From contig OZ024742.1 in assembly GCA_964016885.1 (NCBI GenBank), positions 93,434,001 through 93,498,000 on the forward strand: a stretch of DNA of 64,000 bases. The letters run 5' to 3'. The notes under the pieces were generated by a model. It saw only the letters and a list, made by a program, of their open reading frames with translations. It had not been told where the DNA came from and made no database searches. This document shows positions 53,742 through 64,000 of the stretch, piece after piece. Source of the stretch: Eledone cirrhosa (taxonomy: Eukaryota). The position numbers were made by a program, and so were the translations under genes. Position 1 is the first letter of the stretch. The number at the start of each line of letters is the position of its first letter.

Positions 53742-55502
53742 GTATAGAGTGACAATAGACTGTTTATATCTAGCTGTCAGGCTAAAAAGGGTTACGAGGA
53801 TTCTCCAGTTGTGTCAAAGATATGACAACCTCTCTTATGCACTCGTTAGCACGGGAGATCATTTGTAAACGAGATGCAAACCACCCCCAGCCCATATGGT
53901 CGGTTAGTAGCCCCACTTCAGTACTGACTTGGTTTATGTAGACCCGTCCATCCAATGCTAGCAGGGAAAGCAGATGTTAAACAATAAGTATGATGATATT
54001 TATCCATGCTCTGCCGTTTCCTTACTAATAATTGTTTCTACTTTTGGCACAAGGCCAGCAATTATCCCAGTGTATTACTGGTGCTTTATGTTATCGACCC
54101 ATTGTGATGCGTTCTCTATCTGTTTTTTACTACTGGTTTTATAATGAACTCTGGTTTCTAGAACCTTCTGGTTGAATGTCTTTTCTACTAAATCCTCCCA
54201 ATTTCACTTAACCTTTCTGCTTCTCACTACCTGATTTGTTTTTTCTCGTAAACCTCCTCACCAAACATATATGTTGTCCCTTCTTTTCTATATATTGTGT
54301 TCTCACAATACGTTAACCTTCAATTCTTTAATGTCTCATGTTAATAGCACCATTTCCATCATCATCTCTCTCCCTCTCTCCCTCTCTATTCTATGGCTAT
54401 TGGGGGGAAACACTTTCTTCGCAAACACAGTGATATAAGCACAAACGAATATTCTTTTTACTTTTACCATTTCAAAATGTTTTCTCTTATAACCTTTTCT
54501 TATTAAAAGAAATAAGTTTTAACTAATTAAAAATCTAATGAATTCATTGTTTATCCTATCTCATCCTTATAATAATGTTTTTAAATCTACATACAGGTTT
54601 AAATTATTGCCAAAATGATTGCTATCTAAGTCTGTTGATGTTTCTCTATTAGTAAAGGCTCCAAAGCTAAATATTCCACTTAAGTGTTCTCTTTAGGATC
54701 TTCATCAGTCAGAAAACCAACATATAAAAAAAATGAAACTGAAAAATCCTCATCTGAATCATTAAAATAATGGTTCTAACAAGCGGTTTGTAGGCATCAA
54801 TCCTCCTCTGTCTCCTTGATTTCTTAAATTTCCTATTATGCACCATGTCTTCAAACAATGCATGTTTATATATTTCTAATAAAATAATTTAAGTTTTATA
54901 TCTATATATATTTATAAGCTTCATAGATTATATTTTAACATTTATAATTTGACCATATATTTTGACTAAAAATAAAATTGACTTGCTTTTCTATTCTAAA
55001 TAATTAAAATTAAATGTAATATTGTGTAATGCTTGGAAACTGTCAAAAATTGCTTATCATTTAAAAGTGTATGCTATATTCAAGAGGTTTTACATTGGAG
55101 TTCACCTTAATATTCCAGTCATGAACTGGAATATACTCTTGCATGTAGACATCATTCTGCCATACTCATCATACTCACAACAGAATACCCACAACATCCC
55201 GTCGGGATTTGAACTCAGACCATAAAGGGCTGGAACTCTTTGCTGCAAAGCATGGCGCCCGACAATCTACCGATACTGCCAATCCACCGCCCTGACTAAT
55301 AATGAGTTGTGTGCACTCTGATTATGAGTTTGTATTTCTTACGTACAAATCTTATAAAATCATTGCGCAAGTAGCAGGCGGGGCTGCATGGATTCTCTTT
55401 GGCTAGGTACATAAACTAACATTTATTTCCTTTCCCATTGACTGATTTACATTTGTATGTAAGTTGAACGTTTTTATTATTATTTGTTTCAGTTCGAATT
55501 AC

Positions 55503-55722
55503 AGGGCGGTGGATTGGCAGTATCTGTAGAGCGTCGGACACCATGCTTCACGGCATAGAGCTACGACAATTTATGGTCTGTGTTCAAATTCTAGCGAGGT
55601 TAGCTTTGCCTTTCATCCTTACGAGGTCGATAAAATAAAGTACCAGCAATGCACTGGGAGCGATTTAATCGACTTTCCCCTCCTCCAAAAATGTTGGTCT
55701 TGTGCCAATATCAGAAACCATT
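55503..55722 (+). mobile_element. SINE family A (further partial minus-strand copies at ~54030-54100 and ~55198-55293)
   Basis: Head, B-box, core and 3' end as in 3308. Confidence 0.8.
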
Positions 55723-56217
55723 TTAGTTTGATTTATATATTATTTACAACTCTGTATTTGTTTCTTACTGTATTAGCCTGGTTGAAATCATATGGCGAGG
55801 ATTTAGCTTTTAAATTTCCCACCATCGTATTCCCTCAAAACGGTCAGTTTGACAGAACTCCTCTTTGAGTAGTTATGTGTCACTATGTACCAGAAACTGC
55901 TACACTTAGTGGTGGAAGGGACTGGATATGGATGTATCATTATAGACACACATTTCCGTTTAAAGTGGACCATCAGCTTCCGAGCGTCCAGTTATTCAAT
56001 ATCTGTAGATATTACGTGAATACTATGAATAATAGTTGCAGTTGTAGTTGCTATATATCAGATTAGAGTACAGAAGTTATCAAGATATACAGTTATCACC
56101 ATTTTACTAGCAATGAGTTGTGTGCACTCCTAGTTATAAGTTTGTATTTCTTATGTACATATCATTGAGTAACTAATGGCCGGGGCTGCAAAAATTCGTT
56201 CCTGCTGGTTTCGTAAT

Positions 56218-56308
<91 letters not shown>

Positions 56309-56391
56309 CTATTTTTCCTTTTTGACGCTATAGTCACTTATATATTATGGAACACTCTTGGTTTCTTGCTACAATAATTTCTATACTTTTC

Positions 56392-56511
<120 letters not shown>

Positions 56512-56562
56512 GTAGTAATAGGTAGGTACATGCATACACACACACACACACATATATGTGCC

Positions 56563-56644
<82 letters not shown>

Positions 56645-57794
56645 ATCTTAATATTCAGGGTTTTAGTTGAGCTGACTTAATTAGGGAGCTATTTTTAGCA
56701 TTCCTGTGGGCCGCCTGTATCATTCCACTTAGGCATCAGTATACATGTGCTTTCACTATTTGTGGTTTGACTGCATGGTGACAGTTGAACTATGTGTATA
56801 TAATGTGTTGCTTACATCTTAATGATGTCCTTTATCTAATAGTGGTAATCTGTATTATTTCTTGTCGGCTCAAAATAGATCTGTAGAGGATTTAATAATC
56901 AGTATTTAGCATCTTCATGTAAGTTCCTTTCTTGTGCCTTTATATCTATACGTCTATAGATGGTCATGAATAGGTTTGTCTAGATAATATCAACTGATAT
57001 GTACACTCTGGCCATTTCTTTTCGCAAGTGTTTTGTCAGAAAGTGATTGCCAGATAATATGATCTACATTATTATGTATTGAATAAAATTAATCTCATAT
57101 AAATATATATATATATATATATGATAGCTGCCCCCTTGATACGGATTATGGCCATTGCACGATATAACACTATTAATAAATTAATGCTATTCTGCAATGC
57201 ATGTGCATGAAGATTCTTTTAAAGTGAAGAAAGACTGTGCACAGAGCCAATCCCACTCTCTGAGCAGCAGTAGTTATAACCCGAAAAGAAGAAAAGATCA
57301 ACAGCGCCGGTAACTACTGAGCTGCAGGTTTTATGTCGAAGTCATCCCAGTTTCCTGAGATGCCTCCTCCCTCCTAGAAGAATGCCCAGACAACAGCTAG
57401 GGCTCCTTAACTCCAAGTGGTTTAACCGCACGATCGGGTATCCAGCCCGATTATTTCTATGTCCTCGCACATATTCATACACATGCATACATGTATATAC
57501 ATATTTAAACATTTTTGGATAGCCGTTGACTCTTATGAGTTCTTCCGCCCTTTGTCAGGTTTTCTTTTTTTGTCTTGCAGGGTGTCCAAAATCACCCTCC
57601 TCACCATGTAAACTTAGTGGGGTTGCCGGTTTAGTTGGTGACAACCCGACTATGTATGTATATATATATATATATTTATATATACATACATATATGTGTG
57701 TGTATGTATAGTAACAGCACAAAATGCGGTCAGAAAAAGGTCAGAAAATCTTTGCATTGTCAGCCACAATGCCGGCATGGAATTTTGCACACAC

Positions 57795-57840
<46 letters not shown>

Positions 57841-57843
<3 letters not shown>

Positions 57844-58228
57844 TGGCGAAGGGTAACCTGGAAAGCAGGGCATGCAGTCCAATCGCCATGGCGGAAAGTG
57901 GGGCTGTGCAGCCTTAAACCCCTTCCCAATTCCTTCTAAATGACCCTCTCGGTCAAAGCCACTTGTAGTGTTAACTAGTGTGTGTGTATGTGTGTTATCT
58001 TTTTATGTGTCTACCATTTAGTAAGCAGCCAAAATTCTGCTTGCTTCAACCGACGCTGTCGTGTGTTTGTGTGTATGTGTGTGTGTGTGTGTGTGTGTGT
58101 TATCTTTTATGTGTCTACGATTTAGCAAGCAGCCAAAATTTTGCTTGCTTCAACCGACGCAATTGATCAACTCAAGATTCTATAACGCATGCACTGCATG
58201 CGTTGCATGCACGCACCCTTCGCCCCTG
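57841..58228. mobile_element. hAT-like MITE in (TA)n with an internal ~105-bp tandem duplication
   Basis: TIRs CAGTGGCGAAGGGT / ACCCTTCGCCCCTG (13 of 14 match). Confidence 0.7.
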
Positions 58229-58229
58229 G

Positions 58230-58266
<37 letters not shown>

Positions 58267-58314
58267 GTATATATATATGTACATATATATATATATATAT
58301 GTATATATATATGT

Positions 58315-58365
<51 letters not shown>

Positions 58366-58785
58366 TATATATATACAGTTTTATTGGAAATTGGATATGA
58401 CTATGACTATACTCTCCGTGTCTTAGAAAGATATACATATATACATCCATGCTTACATACATACATATATACATACATCCATGCTTACATACATGCATAT
58501 ATGGTGGCTGCCAACTCGTTTTCGAGTACGGCCACTACTTTATATGTAGGAGAACCCCTACCGATGCGCTGAACGAGTGCATACATACATACATACATAC
58601 ATACATACATACATACATACATACATACATACATACATACATAGTAACTCATTTAGCTACAGCAGTATTGTTTATGTATTTCACTGTTGCATGGGCTTCA
58701 GATATATTCAGAAAAGTACTGACATTGTCTGCATAGATTTAAAATTTTCACCAGATATATGTATATCTAACAAATAAATATATAA

Positions 58786-58858
<73 letters not shown>

Positions 58859-58863
58859 TATAT

Positions 58864-58932
<69 letters not shown>

Positions 58933-59063
58933 ATGCATATACATAAATAGATATATTGGTGTATTATACATACACATACATACATTTTAACACAAAATTT
59001 CCCTGTTAAGCTGGGTAATCACCTAGGTAGCAATACCTATATTAAATATATATATTTATATAA

Positions 59064-59149
<86 letters not shown>

Positions 59150-59759
59150 ATATATATATATATATATTTATATAAACATATATATATATATATATATTTA
59201 TATAAACATATATATATATATATTTATATAAACATATATATATATATATATATATATATACATTTATATATATATATATTTATACATGCATAGAAATGAT
59301 GAGTTGGTAATGTGTATATAACATGCAAGATCAGGGTATTGAGTCATCAATGATTAGCTCATTAGTATACATAGTCATGGACTCTATCTAGTTATTTCAC
59401 AGCCCAATAATGATATTAAACATGTTTTATGGTTATAGCACACCCTTGTAGCATTTATGTGACATAGCTAACTGAAGAAAATGACTAAGCTAAGCTGTTT
59501 GGGTGTTGTGTCGTGTGGGGGAAATATAGAGGCTCATCGTGTGTCTGTCTGATATGTTGGAACATTGTGTTGGAAACTATTGAAGCAGAAGTTAATAAAA
59601 CTAGAAAATGTCTCCAATACATCTCTCTATCCAACATCCCTCACCCACCATTGCTGCTATCTCTAGCATCACTACCACCTTTATCTGTTTAGTTAACTCA
59701 ATACTTCTTTCATCATCCTTATATACTGCTGCCACCACCTATTCTCTCAGTTAGCAAAA

Positions 59760-60690
59760 TCACTACTACCACTACCACTACCACATCCACCACCACTTCC
59801 ACCACCAGCACCACCACCACAACCATTACTACCACCTCCACCACCACCACTTCCACCACAACCATTACTACCACCACCACCACCACCACCAGCATCACAC
59901 CACCACCACCACCACTTCCACCACCAACACCACCACCACAACCATTACTACCACCACCACACCAGCACCACCACACCACCACCACCACTTCCACCACCAA
60001 CACCACCACCACAACCATTACTACCACCACCACACCAGCACCACCACACCACCACCACCACTTCCACCACCAACACCACCACCACAACCATTACTACCAC
60101 CACCACCACCACCACCACTTCCACCACCAACACCACCACCACAACCATTACTACCACCACCACCACCACCACCACCAGCTTCACACCACCACCACCACCA
60201 CTTCCACCACCAACACCACCACCACAACCATTACTACCACCACTACCACCAGCACCACACCACCACCAACATCACTTCCACCACCAACACCACCACCACC
60301 ACAAGCACCACACCACCACCAACATCACTTCCACCACCAACACCACCACCACAACCATTACTACCACCACCACCACCAACACCACACCACCACCGACATC
60401 ACTTCCACCACCAACACCACCACCACAACCATTACTACCACCACCACCACCAGCACCACACCACCACCAACACTACTTCCACCACCAACACCACCACCAC
60501 AACCATTACTACCACCACCACCACCAGCACCACACCACCACCAACATCACTTCCACCACCAACACCACCACCACAACCATTACTACCACCACCACCACCA
60601 CCACCAGCATCACACCACCACCAACATCACTTCCACCACCACCACGAGCACCACACCACCACCACCACACCACCACTACCACCACCACAC
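59760..60690. repeat. (CAC)n-derived minisatellite with a ~62-70-bp higher-order unit
   Basis: Periodic ACAACCATTACTACC...CACTTCCACCACCAA markers. Confidence 0.9.
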
Positions 60691-60919
60691 CATCCTCATA
60701 ACAATAACAATATCAACCTTCATTGTCAGCACCACCATAACAATATAACATCATCACCACTATCATCAGCACCAACATTTCCACTGTCACCACCAAAACC
60801 ATGGTCATTAACACCACCACTGCCATCAACCACCCAATATTCCAACCACCACCGCCACTAACACTACCATTACAACTACTTCTGTTACAACCAATATCAA
60901 CAGTATCACCATTGATCAT

Positions 60920-61500
60920 TCAGAATCGGTAGAGCATCGGATACCATGCTTTGTGTCATAGAGTTATGATCCTTTATGGTCTGATTTCAAATCCCGCCGA
61001 GGTTAACTTTGCCTTTCATCCTTACAAGGTCGAAAAACAAAGTACCAGTAATGCACTGCGGTTATTGCTGGCCTTGTGCTAAAAGTAGAAACAAGAAACA
61101 ATTATTATTATTATTATTATTGGATTGGCAAGTAGAGGGTCGGATGCGATGCATTGCAGCAAAGAGTTACGGCCCTTTATGGCCTGAGTTCAAATCCTGC
61201 CAAGGTTAAATTTGCCTTTCATCCTTACGGGATCGATAAAATAAAGTACCAGTAATACACTGGGATAATTGCTGGCCTTGTGCCAAAAAGTAGAAACAAT
61301 TATTATTATTATTAGGCCAAATGCATAAGGTATCAAGTTATGAACCTCTATGTTCTGAATTCAAATTCCAGTGAGATCAATTTTGCTTTTCATCTTTCCA
61401 GGGTCGGTAAAATATATTTCTGACCATGTACTTGGTTATAATCAGCTTTCTTCTTTCCCTCAAAATGGCTGCCCTTGTGCTCATGCTAGAAAGAATTCTT
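60920..61500 (+). mobile_element. Three head-to-tail SINE A copies separated by (ATT)n
   Basis: Cores near 61010, 61210 and 61385. Confidence 0.8.
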
Positions 61501-61519
61501 CTTCTTATAATTATTAAGA

Positions 61520-61919
61520 ATTTGTTACCTCAGTCATTGATGTTATTTAACAGGTAAATTTACCTAAATAAATATCAAGCCGCTATCTGCAACCTCAGAT
61601 ATTCAGGACATATATGAGGTTCCTTGATGTTCAGAGTAGGCATACTTTTTGAAGTGTTCCAAAAAGGCAAGCTGGGCTAATGTTCTTTAGCCAGCCTTGG
61701 AAATTCTTTGAGATAGTACCTAGTTCTTCTATGATGATGAGGACAACCTTGATTGCATGACAATCATAAATCCTTTCCATTTCCCACTTTAGATCTTGGT
61801 ACCGGTTAATTTTCTCCTTCTTTTCTGTCATTCTTGTGTCAAAGGGTCAAACTACATCTATAATCAAGCAAGATATTTTTTTCTTGTCAAAAACAACCAG
61901 GTCAGGCCTATTGTGTTCT
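61520..61919 (-). mobile_element. Older Dong/R4 3' fragment
   Basis: EKINRYQDLKWE..FGTLQK; UTR CTCAGTCATTGATGTTA matches 3531. Confidence 0.8.
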
Positions 61920-61934
61920 TTATTATTATTAATG

Positions 61935-62320
61935 TGGTGGATTGGCAGTATTGGAAAAGCATCGGACAACTTGTTTGCAACATAGAGTTACGCTCCTTGA
62001 TGGTCTGAGTTCAAATCCTGCTGAGGTTAGCTTTGCCTTTCATCTTCACTGTGTCGATAAAATAAAGTACCAGTCACGCACTGGGGTCGTTTAATCAAAT
62101 TCTCCTCCCCTTCAAAATGTTATCCTTGTGCCTAAATCAGAAACCATTATTATTATTATTATTGTAAGGATGAAGGCAAGGTTGACCTCGGCGGGAGTTC
62201 AAATCCCGCCAAGGTCAACTTTGCCTTTCATCCTTATGGGGTCGATAAAATAAAGTACCAGTAATGTACTGGCTAATTGCTGGCCTTGTGCCAAAAGTAG
62301 AAACAATTATTATTATTATT
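61935..62320 (+). mobile_element. Two SINE A copies, the second with an inverted (snap-back) 5' end
   Basis: Cores near 62030 and 62220; inverted repeat at 62165-62236. Confidence 0.8.
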
Positions 62321-63862
62321 GGAAAAGTCAGTGGGCTTGCAGCTCGGAACCTGGAGAGGCAAGCCTATGCCATCCAACAGCGTCGTGGGGCGCTGGACAG
62401 ACGGACCGGTAAAGTTGCTCGGAGTTTGGTTCGGACCAGACCTCCAGGTGGCAAGGAATTGGGTCGAGGTAACGAGCAGAGTAGCCAGTCTCACCCAAAA
62501 ATGGGCTGGGAGGAAGGTATCACTGAATGGTTGCACGGAGATGGCGAATGCGTACATCGCGTCCGTCATCTACTACCGCCTGACCGTCGTGCCTTGCCCC
62601 CGTCCGCACCTCGTCAAGTTAGAACGGCTCCTCTTCAAATTCTTGTGGAAAGGACAAGTTCCGTTGGTGAGGCGGTCCTCTGCTGCCAGTACCCTCAACG
62701 TGGAGGGCTGGGCATGCCCTGGCTAATGATGCGCAGACATGCGTTGAGGTTGCGACATCTCCAGATATTCTGCCTCAACGGTGAACAGGTGTGGTCACCG
62801 TTTATCAGACAGGCCTTTCCGCAGCTCATTTCTTTGACTCAGCTGCAGTCCTGGGTCAAGAAGAGATCGAGACTGGGTGACTGGCACCTGGAATGTTACC
62901 AAGCACTCACTGCCCTCTACCAAGCAGGCAATGCGATCAGTGGAACTTCTTCCACTCTTGGGTTCTATAGAGAATTAGTGGTGGGCAAGTGTGATGACGC
63001 ACTCGGAGACCTTTGGGCCTCGACGAAGTCGAACTGACCAGTCTGTACCAGAGGACTTTCGAGCCGGGGACGATGGACAATTTCCAGAAATCCCTCGCTT
63101 GGCAGTGCTACCGGGGGGCACTGCCGGTTCGGGATAAACTCTACAGGCACGGAAGTGCTATCAGACGGACCTGCCCAAGATGTGCACAAAGCGACGAAAC
63201 CGTTCTGCACGCAATTGTCCAATATCCGTGCATTACTGACTTGTGGAGTTATGTCGAAAAGCTACTGTCGCATGTGGGATGGATCCAGCTATCGGCCGAG
63301 TCCATAGTGAAGATTGACCCGCTGCCTTCCTTAGGTCAGGAAGAGCAGGCAATTTTCCTGTCTGGTGGCCGTTGCGAAAGAGGTTATATGGTGGACCAGA
63401 TTAAAAGGACTGAAGACAGACACTTTTCTCTTCGGCCAATCCCTCATCAACTTCTTCAAGTTTCACCTGGAAAGGAAGGTGAGGGTGGAGAGAGAAGTGC
63501 TGCCCCCCAGTACATTTGCTAAAAGGTGGATGAATGTGGCGAGAATGGCCCTTGTGAATGGGCCTACTCTGACCATGCACCTATAGGCTAGCTAACTTGA
63601 GGAGAAGGGTGCTCTCCCTGGGTGCCCTAGAAGCGCAGGGTGATTCAGGATTGGTGGGGTACCTGAGTCACCCCTGGGTCGTCCAGCCCCTATAGGGGAA
63701 TTGATTTTGTTATATTTATGCATAGTTTATTTTATATTTTTATATCTTCATTGTTAAATTAGTCTTGCCATTGTGCACTTTTACTCAACCTTATTGTAAA
63801 CCCCCACTGCACCTGTCTTTGTATTGTCCCCTACATGTCGGCCCTATGGCCAATAAATGAAA

Positions 63863-63932
<70 letters not shown>

Positions 63933-63945
63933 CATTATTATTATA
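62321..63945 (+). mobile_element. 5'-truncated Tx1-clade LINE, copy 2, frameshifted, with (ATT)n tail
   Basis: Collinear with 1704-3307; same UTR. Confidence 0.9.
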
Positions 63946-64000
63946 ATCATCACCATCATCATCCTCATCGTGATCATCACCACCAACATCTTTATCATCA

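Noticed and set aside
54590-54700. Possible minus-strand host exon (GIFSFGAFTNRETS... followed by GTATGT)
   Set aside because: Weak acceptor, upstream in-frame stop, no recognisable homology

Overview
Eukaryotic, AT-rich DNA dominated by (TA)n, (CA)n, (GA)n, (ATT)n, (GAT)n and (TAG)n microsatellites and by transposable elements. The repeat mix suggests an octopus or other coleoid cephalopod (inference). I found no supportable host gene; most ORFs in the track are microsatellite artefacts. Elements present: two Tx1-clade LINE copies, Dong/R4 restriction-like-endonuclease LINE fragments, several RTE-clade LINEs, Penelope-like RT/GIY-YIG relics, one full-length mariner, a truncated Charlie/Buster hAT plus hAT MITEs, a non-autonomous Helitron and two tRNA-headed SINE families. 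The most striking feature is a dense set of short modules inside (TA)n tracts. Many are near-perfect palindromes with a one-sided tail, and many carry type I hammerhead-ribozyme folds (canonical cores, variant UUGAAAA, CCGAAGA and CUGACAA cores, palindromic stem III, and one ~100-nt stem II). This fits Penelope-like pseudo-LTR or retrozyme biology. Other highlights are a shared 3' end between the Tx1 LINE and an (ATT)n-tailed SINE, strand-polarised element clusters in (ATT)n, a fold-back with two convergent tRNA-like Pol III units, and a PHD-type finger inside the RTE reverse transcriptase. All folds and alignments were read by eye and need computational confirmation.
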